A stretch of DNA of 64,000 nucleotides from Bacillota bacterium. GTDB taxonomy: Bacteria; Bacillota; Clostridia; Christensenellales; UBA1242. Positions 47,276 through 57,004 of the stretch are shown piece by piece. The stretch is taken from contig WRAD01000002.1 of NCBI GenBank assembly GCA_009780375.1, forward strand, positions 979 to 64,978, written 5' to 3'. The position numbers and the translations under genes are program-made. Each line of letters opens with the position of its first letter. The stretch's first letter is position 1. Under the pieces are notes generated by a model. The model saw only the letters and a list, made by a program, of their open reading frames with translations. It did no database searches and had not been told where the DNA came from.

Positions 47276-47631
47276 GAACATGGTTTTTGATTGACAATCA
47301 CTATGTGCATGATTTCATCCGACCATTCATCGGTAGCCACGGTGGGCATGAAAAATATTGGGAACTCTCCGGAAATATATTTGATGGGCTTTTGGAAACG
47401 ATCGGACATTTCCACGAAAAAGACAAAAAACAAAATATTCGGACAATGGCACGACGATGGACGATTGCTGGATTATTAGAATTAGCATAATAAAAGGCTT
47501 TGCGGAAAAGCTAAGCCGTGATACAATAAAGACACTTGGGTTTAATTTACGCAAATTCAAAAACGACGGTCGCACAAAATCATATTACCTAACAAACAAA
47601 TTAGCGTTAAACCATAAGAAAGGAGAACGAA

Positions 47632-47856
47632 ATGGCACTAAGTGTATTTGATGAAAAAGCATTTGTGCCAAATGACGAAATGGCATCGTCTGCTTTGGGC
47701 AATAGTAATAAACTATGGGAAGAAATAAAAGCCCATTTACAAGCGAGCTACAAAAATATAAATGAAGAATGGAAATTCTATGGAAAAGAGTCTGGATGGA
47801 CAAAAAACATAAAAAGTAAAAAACACAAAGGAGAAATCATTACGCTCAAAATTTGA
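47632..47856 (+). pseudogene. Probable truncated DUF3788-like gene fragment
   Basis: ..LGNSNKLWEEIKAHLQASYKNINEEWKFYGKESGWTKNIKSKK.. resembles the N-terminal half of DUF3788 proteins, and the ORF ends early. Good SD (AAAGGAGAA). Confidence 0.4.
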
Positions 47857-47906
47857 TTTCCATAAATTCAAAAGACGCCAGTTACTAGATGTGTTGAATG
47901 GTCAAA

Positions 47907-49724
47907 TTATTGGGGTTTTTTCTCTCGTATACGTTTCGTGTGGTCAAGCACGGTTTTTCTTATTCGTAAATTCTTTGGTGTGACCTCGAGAAGTTCATCA
48001 TCGTCAAGAAATTCTATACATTCTTCAAGTGACATAAGTTTCACAGGAACAAGTTTAAGTGCATCATCCGCACCACTTGAACGGATGTTGGTAAGTTGTT
48101 TTTTCTTACATACGTTGACCGTCAAGTCCATACCTGCAGGGTTTTTTCCAACAACCATGCCTGCATATACTTGGGTTCCTGGCAGGATCAGTAATTTGCC
48201 TCGCTCTTGTGCGGCAAACAGACCATAGGAGTTTGCTTCGCCTGTTTCGTGTGCAATTAATGCACCAAAATCGCGTTTGCGAATATAGCCTTTGAATGGT
48301 TCGTATTTTTCAAATAACGAGTTCATGATTCCATTCCCACGTGTGTCGGTCAAAAATTTTGTTTTATAACCAAGAAGTCCACGACTTGGAACAAGAAACT
48401 CGCACTTTGTGCGTGTTTCACCAGTATCCATAGTTACAAGTTCACCTTTGCGCTCGCCCATTTCGCTCATAATTGAACCAACGTTTTCCGTTGGAACGTC
48501 AATAAATACGCGATCAATTGGCTCATGTTGTTTTCCATCTATTGTTTTGTAAAGTACTTTTGGCACACTTACCATAAATTCATATCCATCGCGCCGCATA
48601 TTTTCTACAAGAATAGAAATATGCATTTCGCCGCGACCAAGGACTCGGTATGCATCTGCACTGTCTGTCGGTAAGACTTTTAAACTTAGGTCTTTGATTG
48701 CCGCCTTTTCAAGTCGGTCTTTTAAATGGCGACTTGTACAAAACTTGCCTTCTTTACCGGCGAATGGGCCGTTATTGATACTGAACGTCATTTCGATACT
48801 TGGTGCAGAAATATTAACAAAGGGCAGTGCATTGTCAACCGATTTATCACAAATTGTATCACCAATTGCAACATCTGTTCCGCCTGCTATACAAATAATA
48901 TCTCCTGCACCGGCTTCGGTAACAGGAACTTTGCCAAGTCCATCAAACAAAAATAAATTTGCAACCCTGAAATTGAAATTTTTATTGGCATCGTGAAAAT
49001 TAATGGCCTTTAAAGTCATGTTGGTTGAAATCTTGCCACTTTCAATTTTACCAACCGCAAGTTTTCCTAGAAAGTCATTTTGCTCGGTAGAACTTGCAAG
49101 CATTGTAAATGGTTTGTCCTCGGCAATTTCTGGGCCTGGGATATATTCCACGATTTTTCTAAATAAAGGTACAAAGCTTTTTGGTGTTACCGACATATCA
49201 AGCGTTGATACACCTTCACGTGCACTTGCGTAAACAAATGGACTGTCAAGTTGTTCAGGTGTTGCGTCAAGTTCAAGTAACAATTCAAGTACTTCGTCTT
49301 TAACTTCGTCAATACGTGCATCTTTTCTGTCAATTTTATTTACAACGACAATGACTTTGTGTCCAAGTTCAAGTGCCTTTTGTAAAACAAATCGTGTTTG
49401 TGGCATTGGTCCTTCGAAACTGTCTATGACAAGAAGTACACCATCAACCATTTTAAGAACCCGTTCAACCTCGCCACCAAAGTCTGCGTGACCTGGTGTA
49501 TCAACAATGTTTATTTTCACATCCCCAAACATACATGATGCATTTTTACTTAGTATTGTAATACCTCGCTCTCGTTCGATTGCATTGTTATCCATAACTC
49601 TGTCTGATACATCTTGATGTGATTTAAACACACCACCTTGTTTTAATAATTCGTTAACCAAACTTGTTTTACCATGATCAACGTGTGCAATTATCGCAAC
49701 GTTTCTGATTTTTTCATTTTTCAT
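47907..49724 (-). CDS. typA: Translational GTPase TypA/BipA
   Basis: [18 protein letters not shown] (G1), [14 protein letters not shown] (G3) and VVNKIDR (G4). Overall EF-G-like domain order. Confidence 0.95.
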   Translation of the reverse strand: MKNEKIRNVAIIAHVDHGKTSLVNELLKQGGVFKSHQDVSDRVMDNNAIERERGITILSKNASCMFGDVKINIVDTPGHADFGGEVERVLKMVDGVLLVIDSFEGPMPQTRFVLQKALELGHKVIVVVNKIDRKDARIDEVKDEVLELLLELDATPEQLDSPFVYASAREGVSTLDMSVTPKSFVPLFRKIVEYIPGPEIAEDKPFTMLASSTEQNDFLGKLAVGKIESGKISTNMTLKAINFHDANKNFNFRVANLFLFDGLGKVPVTEAGAGDIICIAGGTDVAIGDTICDKSVDNALPFVNISAPSIEMTFSINNGPFAGKEGKFCTSRHLKDRLEKAAIKDLSLKVLPTDSADAYRVLGRGEMHISILVENMRRDGYEFMVSVPKVLYKTIDGKQHEPIDRVFIDVPTENVGSIMSEMGERKGELVTMDTGETRTKCEFLVPSRGLLGYKTKFLTDTRGNGIMNSLFEKYEPFKGYIRKRDFGALIAHETGEANSYGLFAAQERGKLLILPGTQVYAGMVVGKNPAGMDLTVNVCKKKQLTNIRSSGADDALKLVPVKLMSLEECIEFLDDDELLEVTPKNLRIRKTVLDHTKRIREKKPQ

Positions 49725-49777
49725 AAAGTACACTCCAACATATATTATAGCATAAAAGTACCGTAAATGAAAATACT

Positions 49778-50704
49778 ATGTTCATGAACCTTGTAAAAAC
49801 ACTTGCTACAAAATATTTTATACTGCTTTTATCTTTTGTTCTTGTTGTGTCAACTTTGCTTGTTGCGATGATTTTTTCAAGTACTTTACAATCTGTGCCA
49901 AGAAAATCATTTGCATTCAAAAGCCAAAATTTGGAAGTTCAAGAGGAAATTCGTTTACCAATTATCATGTATCACAATATTCTTAACTCGAGAAAAGGCA
50001 AGTATGTGGTGTCCGAGCAACAACTTGAAGATGATTTTTCTGCCTTCTTAAAACATGGGTTTACTCCTGTTTTCATGTCAGATGTCATCGATTGGGTTGA
50101 TGGTAAAACAACATTACCAACCAAGCCAATAGTCATTACTTTTGATGATGGACATTATAATAACATTCATTATGGTATTCCAATTGCAAAGCGTCTTGGT
50201 GTGAAATTCATGATTAATCCAGTGACAAGTTTTTCCGAGTTTACGGTAAGGTCAGAAGACCACAGTAATCCAAATTACAGCCATATAACATGGGATCAAA
50301 TGAGAGAAGCACATGAAAGTGGAATCGTAGAATTTGGAAACCACACGCACAGAATGCATAAATTCAAACCAAGATTCGGAATAATGAGGCAAGGGGGAGA
50401 GAGTGATGCAACCTATACAAAAACGTTAACCGAAGATATCAATGAATCACAAGACAATTTTACAAGAGCAGGTGTGCCAGTACCGCAAACCTTTGCATAC
50501 CCTTTTGGCAAGTATTCTAAGGAAAGTAAACAGATTCTGCTTGATCTTGGGTTCAGAGCACTCTTGACCTGTGATGAATGGATCAACACTGTACGCAAGG
50601 GTGATGAAACATCACTTCATAAACTTGGGCGATTTAATCGTGATGGGCACTTGTCTACCGCCGAAATTATAAACAGACTTGAGAACGGCAAAGTTAAAAC
50701 TTGA
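49778..50704 (+). CDS. Polysaccharide deacetylase (NodB homology domain) with an N-terminal anchor
   Basis: PIVITFDDGHYNN (TFDDG motif), further His motifs (FGNHTHRMH) and an N-terminal TM segment. Confidence 0.8.
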   Translation: MFMNLVKTLATKYFILLLSFVLVVSTLLVAMIFSSTLQSVPRKSFAFKSQNLEVQEEIRLPIIMYHNILNSRKGKYVVSEQQLEDDFSAFLKHGFTPVFMSDVIDWVDGKTTLPTKPIVITFDDGHYNNIHYGIPIAKRLGVKFMINPVTSFSEFTVRSEDHSNPNYSHITWDQMREAHESGIVEFGNHTHRMHKFKPRFGIMRQGGESDATYTKTLTEDINESQDNFTRAGVPVPQTFAYPFGKYSKESKQILLDLGFRALLTCDEWINTVRKGDETSLHKLGRFNRDGHLSTAEIINRLENGKVKT

Positions 50705-50737
50705 CTTGTACATAATTAATCTGTTAGAATTTACTTA

Positions 50738-51514
50738 ATGGATATAAAAAATAATTTAAAATCAAAACTTGATAACAAAAAAATAGTCATTGCAAATAAC
50801 GACCAATTTATTAACAATCACCTTGATAATACCAGAGATAGAAGTCTTGATTCATCCAAATTTCGTGAGTCTTTTAGTGTGGTAGGAAGACATGTTCTTC
50901 AAACCGCGATTGCGAGTATAATGTATAAAACAAAGACCGAAATTCCACCAATCTTTATTCCTGTACTTCGTGCAGGGGTTGCCGGACTTGATCTGGATTT
51001 ACAAAAATTGACATCCGCACAAACGTATTTTGTGGGCATGCATCGAAATATACTTGATGCAAAACTTGCACCTACCGTTTATTATGACGACATTCCGCAA
51101 TGCGAAAATCAAAATCAGCAGGTATTTGTAATTGATCCGATGCTTGCAACTGGTAATTCGCTTTTATATGTGGTTTATCGCTTGCAGGAACTTGGTTACA
51201 AAAATATAACTATTGTGTCAATTTTATCTGCACCAGAAGGGATTTTAAACATTCAACAAACTCTGCAAGATATCGCACCTGAACTTGATATAAAAATTAT
51301 TGTTGCCGCAATTGATGATTGCCTTGATGGCAAAGATTATATTGTGCCTGGGCTTGGTGATGCCGGAGATCGTTATTTTGGCGAGAATAAACTTGAATGG
51401 CTTGTGACATTTGCAAATGATTTGCGGTTAATTGCAAACGATTGCCAATATAGGGATATTATGTCTGCGTTAACCGATGTTCATCATGCCAAGATTATTC
51501 GTGAGTATAAATAA
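50738..51514 (+). CDS. upp: Uracil phosphoribosyltransferase-like protein with N- and C-terminal extensions
   Basis: PRPP loop VFVIDPMLATGNS and the uracil-binding motif YIVPGLGDAGDRYFG. Confidence 0.8.
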   Translation: MDIKNNLKSKLDNKKIVIANNDQFINNHLDNTRDRSLDSSKFRESFSVVGRHVLQTAIASIMYKTKTEIPPIFIPVLRAGVAGLDLDLQKLTSAQTYFVGMHRNILDAKLAPTVYYDDIPQCENQNQQVFVIDPMLATGNSLLYVVYRLQELGYKNITIVSILSAPEGILNIQQTLQDIAPELDIKIIVAAIDDCLDGKDYIVPGLGDAGDRYFGENKLEWLVTFANDLRLIANDCQYRDIMSALTDVHHAKIIREYK

Positions 51515-51562
51515 CAAATTTTATTAAAACACATCATTTAAAATTCATGCTATACTTTAACC

Positions 51563-52639
51563 ATGAAGAAAAACATTACAATACTTGGTTGCGGGCGCTG
51601 GGCATCATTTCACGCATGGTACCAGGCAACACATTTAAAAAACAATGTTCTTATGTGGGGCAGAAGCGGCGATCCAATTTACGAAAATCTTTCTATAACA
51701 CGAAAGAATGACTTTTGGCAATTGCCTGAAGATGTTTTATTGATTTCTGATCTTGATAAAGCACTTGGACATTCTGATTACATTTTTGTAATAATAAGTG
51801 CACAGGGCATGCGAAGTTTTTCTAAAGAAATTGCAAAAACCTTACAAAACGTGTTTGAAAAGTATATTGATGAAAACCCAAGTGGTGTACCAAATTGCAA
51901 GACCTTTGTTCTTTGTATGAAAGGCATTGACGAACAAACGAATCAAACGTTAACACAAACGCTTAGGGATGCAATTACAGACGAACTTTCAAGTGTCAAT
52001 GAACATCTTTCAAAAATTTGTGTTTGGGTTGGACCTGGGCACATTCAGGAATTTCTTGAAGGTCAGCCTGGTGTAATGCTTGTTGACGGTGAAGACAAAG
52101 AAATTGTACAACGTATTGCCACAGAGTTCAGAAGCGACACGATGAAACTTTATGTCGGAGATGATTTAATTGGGGCAGAAATCGGAGCGGCCGCAAAAAA
52201 TGTTCTTGGAATTGCCGCCGGAATACTTGACGGGTCAGGAATGCCAAGTTTAAAAGGTGCACTTATGGCGCGTGGGGTATACGAAGTATCAAAACTTGTT
52301 CAAGCAATGGGTGGTAAACAACTTACCGCCTATGGTCTAAGTCATCTTGGCGACTTTGAAGCAACCTTGTTTTCACACAACAGTCACAACCGACGTTTTG
52401 GAGAGGAACTTATCAAACTTATAACAGAAAATAATTGGCATGGACCAAATTATTATCGAGGTTATTTGGCAGAAGGTGTGGCAACAAGTATCGCTTTACA
52501 AAATCTTGCAAAAAAGTATAGCGTATCCATGCCAATATGTGATATGGTATATAAGGTAATACACGAGAAAAAAGATCCGTTCACAGGGTTCAAAGAACTT
52601 TTCCTTCGAGACAACGTGAATGAATTTGGTGAAAATTAA
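51563..52639 (+). CDS. gpsA: NAD(P)H-dependent glycerol-3-phosphate dehydrogenase
   Basis: ITILGCGRWAS (Rossmann) and GAEIGAAAKNVLGIAAGILDG (GpsA signature). Confidence 0.85.
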   Translation: MKKNITILGCGRWASFHAWYQATHLKNNVLMWGRSGDPIYENLSITRKNDFWQLPEDVLLISDLDKALGHSDYIFVIISAQGMRSFSKEIAKTLQNVFEKYIDENPSGVPNCKTFVLCMKGIDEQTNQTLTQTLRDAITDELSSVNEHLSKICVWVGPGHIQEFLEGQPGVMLVDGEDKEIVQRIATEFRSDTMKLYVGDDLIGAEIGAAAKNVLGIAAGILDGSGMPSLKGALMARGVYEVSKLVQAMGGKQLTAYGLSHLGDFEATLFSHNSHNRRFGEELIKLITENNWHGPNYYRGYLAEGVATSIALQNLAKKYSVSMPICDMVYKVIHEKKDPFTGFKELFLRDNVNEFGEN

Positions 52640-52662
52640 ATATTTATTATCAAGGAGTTAGT

Positions 52663-53214
52663 ATGCGAAATGCAATGATGACAATGCTTGGGTTTGGTGG
52701 TTTTGAATTTGTAATTATTGGTGTGGTTGCCGCACTTATGGTAGGTCTTGTTTTTTGGCAATCAAGGAATCGTAAAAAGATGGCAGAGCAACAAGATCAA
52801 ATGTCTAAATCTCTTCGTCCGGGGCTTCGTATTAAAACGGTAGCAGGGGTGATAGGTCGAATAAAAGAAATCAGAGAAGAGGCTCCTCATCTTACGACCG
52901 TGTTAATTGAAACTGGAAATGGTAAAGATGTTTCGTATATGCTTGTTGATGTTAATGCAATTATGGCGGTTATAGACGAGGAAATGCTTCTCAGAGCCAA
53001 AGAAGACCAATCACGCATTGAAGCGGAAAAGCGTATCGAAGCGGCACGGCAAGAGGCAGAAGCCCGTATTGCAAACACTACGATATCTCCAAAATCTAAT
53101 GACATAACTAGCTCTGATGATCCAACGCCCGACTTTGATGCCGCCGCTTTTGTAGAAAAGAGCAATGCCTCACGCAATACCACAAAGAAACGCACGACAC
53201 AAAAGAAATCATAA
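52663..53214 (+). CDS. yajC: YajC-like preprotein translocase subunit with a long charged C-terminal extension
   Basis: One TM segment, then SLRPGLRIKTVAGVIGRIKEI (YajC core). The Glu/Ala/Arg-rich tail overlaps the convergent gene by 107 nt. Confidence 0.7.
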   Translation: MRNAMMTMLGFGGFEFVIIGVVAALMVGLVFWQSRNRKKMAEQQDQMSKSLRPGLRIKTVAGVIGRIKEIREEAPHLTTVLIETGNGKDVSYMLVDVNAIMAVIDEEMLLRAKEDQSRIEAEKRIEAARQEAEARIANTTISPKSNDITSSDDPTPDFDAAAFVEKSNASRNTTKKRTTQKKS

Positions 53215-54088
53215 ACCCACCGACGACAGGATAAAACCATCCGATAACATTGCTGAACCCAATCATACTTACCGCAAATGCAAATGCAGATATTGTAACA
53301 AGTTTTAATACTGGGTACATTTTATTTTGTGTGTTTGGGATTTGATTTTTTATGGTGTTTCCAGATTCGTGAAGATTGAATAATGCAATAAACATACTTG
53401 TGAATACACTAAGTAATACTGCACTTATTGTAAACAAGTTACGTCTTATCGCAAGTATTGGCATAACTTCACTTTGTACGTCATGTATCGCAAGTAGTAT
53501 TATAAAAACAAATATTGCAATTACCGCAGATGCCACCGCGAATGAAATCATTACTTGTTTACTTGATAACTTTTCCCGTGCTTTTTTTACAAGTGGAAAA
53601 AGCATACAGGTGTTAAGCCCTGCATACAACAAAACCATTCCAAAACTTGAAAATAATCCTCTATTGCCATATTCTATCTCGCCAACATTTGCTGCACGGG
53701 GCAGAGTAACCAAAACAAGTGTGAACAAAACAAATATAATGATGTACTTGTTAAACTGGATAAGCCTGTCAAATCCAAATAATACAATTACAATACATAA
53801 TCCCAAAGCGACAAGCCCGGTGATAATTCCACCAAGCGACACAACCCCCGCGGTCATTGCAACAAAAAATACAAAATACACAGGCATGAATATCCATTTA
53901 GGTGGATTGAATCCTCTGTCACATAACCAGAGTACAAGTCCACAAATCACAACCAACATCAACCCAATCATTAATGCAATCAAAATAGGATGGACGCTTG
54001 ATGATCCAAAAAAACCTGATAATTCTGCGCCAGTTGCAAATCCCGCTCCTATAATTGAACTTACCACCAAAAATATTAAACTTATCAT
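53108..54088 (-). CDS. YkvI-family membrane protein
   Basis: Start set at MISLIF, giving an ATGA overlap with the upstream gene. IIGAGFATGAELSGFF is the YkvI-type N-terminal motif. About 10 TM segments. Confidence 0.6.
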   Translation of the reverse strand: MISLIFLVVSSIIGAGFATGAELSGFFGSSSVHPILIALMIGLMLVVICGLVLWLCDRGFNPPKWIFMPVYFVFFVAMTAGVVSLGGIITGLVALGLCIVIVLFGFDRLIQFNKYIIIFVLFTLVLVTLPRAANVGEIEYGNRGLFSSFGMVLLYAGLNTCMLFPLVKKAREKLSSKQVMISFAVASAVIAIFVFIILLAIHDVQSEVMPILAIRRNLFTISAVLLSVFTSMFIALFNLHESGNTIKNQIPNTQNKMYPVLKLVTISAFAFAVSMIGFSNVIGWFYPVVGGFMISFVSCVSLWYCVRHCSFLQKRRHQSRALDHQS

Positions 54089-54450
54089 TGCTCCTCTCCT
54101 AGATAAATTTTTACAAGGCACATGTTTCGCTTTACCTTTTCGCTTTTGCCTTCTGCCAAATTATTATGCATAAGCCCTAAAAGCACAGGTGGCAAGTAAA
54201 CATTTTCATTTACAAGTTCACGGTATAGTAAATTGCTCTTTTCTAAATTCCCAAGTCGGCTATAACATCTTGCAATAAAAATTCTAAGTGCTATTACTTT
54301 GCCTTCGTCTACCTGTTCACCGCCTTTACATAATTGCAATGCCTGTTTCGCATCTATAATCGCTTGCCTGATATTGCATTCTTTATATGCAATTTCCGCC
54401 CTCGAAAGATGATATTCAACACCATCAAAAAGTATATTGCCATCAATCAT
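54085..54450 (-). CDS. Small TPR-like helical protein
   Basis: ..AEIAYKECNIRQAIIDAKQALQL.. and ..IARCYSRLGNLEKSNLLYRELV.. look like TPR repeats. Confidence 0.45.
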   Translation of the reverse strand: MIDGNILFDGVEYHLSRAEIAYKECNIRQAIIDAKQALQLCKGGEQVDEGKVIALRIFIARCYSRLGNLEKSNLLYRELVNENVYLPPVLLGLMHNNLAEGKSEKVKRNMCLVKIYLGEEQ

Positions 54451-54531
54451 AATAATTACTATGTATAAATTTAGTTGACTATCTCACAAAATTTATGATA
54501 TATTGAAGTGTTGTCTGTACAAATGGCACAC

Positions 54532-54608
54532 AGCCCCTTAGCTCAGTTGGTTAGAGCGCCTCTCTGATAAGGAGGAGGTCAGTGGTTCAAGTCCACTAGG
54601 GGCTACCA
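54532..54608 (+). tRNA. tRNA-Ile (anticodon GAT), encoded CCA
   Basis: AGCCCCT TAGCTCAGTTGGTTAGAGC GCCTCTCTGATAAGGAGGAG GTCAGTGGTTCAAGTCCACT AGGGGCT A CCA. Confidence 0.9.
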
Positions 54609-54645
54609 AATTGTAATGAGTCGAACTTTTCCTAGTTTGGCTTTT
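54597..54645 (+). repeat. Direct repeat copy 1 (tRNA-Ile 3' end plus 37 nt downstream)
   Basis: TAGGGGCTACCAAATTGTAATGAGTCGAACTTTTCCTAGTTTGGCTTTT. 47 of 49 positions are identical to 56956-57004. Confidence 0.85.
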
Positions 54646-54837
54646 TCTTTTTCGAACTCTTTAATAATATCTTTGGTGGTAATCTTCTCGCCGAATACCA
54701 TCAATGACAACATCGAGGACTGTCCTGCCAAGTGGGTAATCTATTATTGCCACTTGTTGAAACTATCAGGGAATATTACAAAGACCCTAAAAATTGCCGT
54801 AAGTTTGAAGAATGGAAAATTGAATATCTCAAACAGA

Positions 54838-54862
54838 ACCCCGATGCTGAACGGGGTTTTTT
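54838..54862 (+). terminator. Rho-independent terminator inside the left end of the cassette
   Basis: ACCCCG / CGGGGT stem with an 8-nt loop, followed by T6. Confidence 0.6.
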
Positions 54863-54899
54863 ATTTGGGTTATGTTCAAATCCATTGTATTATATATAT

Positions 54900-55676
54900 A
54901 TGGACAAATTAACTGAATATCTAAATTTTGCAAAATCAATCGCTGAAAAATCGGGCGAAATTATGCTTAAATATTTCAACAAACAAGCCGAACACACCTA
55001 TAAAGGCGACAAGTCGATTGTAACGATTGCAGACACCGAAATTAATTCGTATGTAATTGAACAAGTCAAAAAAAATTATCCAACTCATGCGGTTATGGGG
55101 GAAGAAGAAAGTTACGGCAAAAGCGACCATGTTTGGGTATGCGACCCAGTTGATGGAACGGCTCAATTCTCTCGTGGTGTTCCTGTGTCTGTTTTTTCTC
55201 TTGCATTAGTGATTGATGGTGTGTCAACTGTGGCGGTAATTTATGACCCATTCCTTAAAAATATGTATCACTCTATCAAAGGTCAAGGTGCGTACAAAAA
55301 TAACGACAAACTACAAGTAAGCGATGTTAAACTGGATGATAAACAAGCGGTGGTAAATTTAAGTATCGGCACTCCACGAGTAAAACTAGACTTAAATATT
55401 TTGGATAAGATTAGAAATGAAAAGCGTGTTTACTGTACAAGTCTAGGAAGTATCGCTAGGGCGGGTATGCTTGTGGCTGAGGGTCATTATGTTGCGACAA
55501 TTTATCCACATGACTTGGGTGCGGATGGTGTAGCAGGAATTAAATTAATAGTCGAAGAAGCAGGCGGTTTTGTGTCAAATTGCAAAGGCGAAAATGAACG
55601 AATGGATGGAAGATTGACTGGTGCGGTCGTTTCAAATAAAGTCGCTTTTGATGAGATTATAAGTATCTTGAAATAA
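54900..55676 (+). CDS. Inositol monophosphatase (IMPase/SuhB) family protein
   Basis: Start set at MDKLTEY. Motifs HAVMGEEES and WVCDPVDGT (DPxDGT) are present. The C-terminal WDxAAG motif is degenerate (HDLGADGVAG). Confidence 0.75.
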   Translation: MDKLTEYLNFAKSIAEKSGEIMLKYFNKQAEHTYKGDKSIVTIADTEINSYVIEQVKKNYPTHAVMGEEESYGKSDHVWVCDPVDGTAQFSRGVPVSVFSLALVIDGVSTVAVIYDPFLKNMYHSIKGQGAYKNNDKLQVSDVKLDDKQAVVNLSIGTPRVKLDLNILDKIRNEKRVYCTSLGSIARAGMLVAEGHYVATIYPHDLGADGVAGIKLIVEEAGGFVSNCKGENERMDGRLTGAVVSNKVAFDEIISILK

Positions 55677-55721
55677 TCGTGTATTGACATTTATATACAA
55701 ATTATGATAATATTTTTTTCT

Positions 55722-56852
55722 ATGAAAAATAACAATAAAAACTACCAACAAGCACTTGACTACATTACGCAATGCTATCGTGAAGCGTTGTTCCCTGAAA
55801 AAGAATTTATGTTCTATGAAAATAGACGAGATTACAAAAACGAATTTCGCACTGGAATTTACACACCTGAAGATATGGAAAAAATGTTTTTCAAAGTCCT
55901 TGACGAAGATTTCACCGACCAAGAAAGACAAATCATATTAAACCTTGACCCAAATTTTGACATTATCAAAACTCTCTTAGTCCAACGAAGCAACGGACAT
56001 CATATACACTTGTACCCATATGTTGATACGCATGATATAGATGGCTATTCTTACTTGCGTAAAAAAGATATTTCACTTGATGACAAAAGGGATAAACTCG
56101 CCGAATTTTGGGGTAACATGGAAAACCAAATTACTTGCTCTATCAAAACTGGGTACTCGACTTCACAAAACGAAAGTAATGCTCTATTCTACCCAAGGCT
56201 TACACCAAAAGGAAGAAACTACGATTACTATGGGCGAAACTATGAAATGCTACTACAAGACATTCAAAATCTTGCACCTGAATTTTTGGAAAATTTCAAA
56301 ATACTTGTCGCAGATGTTGAAAAAGAAAGAAATTCAAAGCACCCAACAGTCCACGCATATACACATGGCGACTTTCATGACTTTAACTATGATGGTTTGT
56401 TTTGGGACTTAGATACTTTTGGCAACAACCCAATAACAAATGATTTTGCTATTTACTTTTGGCATTTCTTTTCAAGAGAAGATAACCTAGTGCCAAAATA
56501 TAACTACTGGCTTTCTAAATATATGGATAATCAACTTGACGAAAATGAACTATCTGATGTTAGAGATGAGAAACAAATTATAGTAGAAAACTACTACAAC
56601 CTTATTAGGGATATGTTTATCCAAGAAGGCAAAGGCGATGTATTTGAAAGAGAAATAACACTTAAATTATTCTGTCGTGCGTTCCTTATTGACAATGTGC
56701 TTAAATTTGACGAGCAAGACCGAAAGCAGGTTTACGCATTTTGGCAAAATTATATGGAAAAATTAGGTACACAAGATTTTGAAAAAGAAATTTTATTTCC
56801 ACACAATGCCAACAATATTGATGACGCTTTTGGAATGGAAGAAGAAAAATAA
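55722..56852 (+). CDS. APH/choline-kinase-like phosphotransferase family protein
   Basis: Brenner-type catalytic motif HGDFHDFN, followed by ..FWDLDTFG.. (the DxD region of APH-like kinases). A candidate promoter TTGACA (55683-55688) lies upstream. Confidence 0.6.
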   Translation: MKNNNKNYQQALDYITQCYREALFPEKEFMFYENRRDYKNEFRTGIYTPEDMEKMFFKVLDEDFTDQERQIILNLDPNFDIIKTLLVQRSNGHHIHLYPYVDTHDIDGYSYLRKKDISLDDKRDKLAEFWGNMENQITCSIKTGYSTSQNESNALFYPRLTPKGRNYDYYGRNYEMLLQDIQNLAPEFLENFKILVADVEKERNSKHPTVHAYTHGDFHDFNYDGLFWDLDTFGNNPITNDFAIYFWHFFSREDNLVPKYNYWLSKYMDNQLDENELSDVRDEKQIIVENYYNLIRDMFIQEGKGDVFEREITLKLFCRAFLIDNVLKFDEQDRKQVYAFWQNYMEKLGTQDFEKEILFPHNANNIDDAFGMEEEK

Positions 56853-56955
56853 ATTTTTATGTTGACACGACATGAAGTATAGTGTAAATTATTGTGGCAT
56901 CTGCATTCCAATGGCGAAATAATCTCTCTTGATGATTAGTTCGACTGCGGAGCAG

Positions 56956-57004
56956 TAGGGGCTACCAAATTGGAATGAGTCGAACTTTTGCTAGTTTGGC
57001 TTTT
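56956..57004 (+). repeat. Direct repeat copy 2 (tRNA-Ile 3' remnant plus downstream sequence)
   Basis: TAGGGGCTACCAAATTGGAATGAGTCGAACTTTTGCTAGTTTGGCTTTT. It is preceded by a degenerate T-arm-like stretch (..CTCTCTTGATGATTAGTTCGACTGCGGAGCAG). Confidence 0.85.

Noticed and set aside
53108-53214. 107-nt convergent overlap between the yajC-like and ykvI-like genes, considered as a possible regulatory antisense arrangement or mis-annotation.
   Set aside because: Both overlapping tails are low-complexity extensions beyond the conserved cores. One or both may terminate functionally earlier. There is nothing I can test from sequence alone, so it is noted only.
56900-56968. A possible second tRNA-Ile gene at the right end of the cassette.
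   Set aside because: Only the 3' acceptor strand and CCA are conserved. The upstream sequence cannot form D, anticodon and T arms, so it is an att-type remnant and not a gene.
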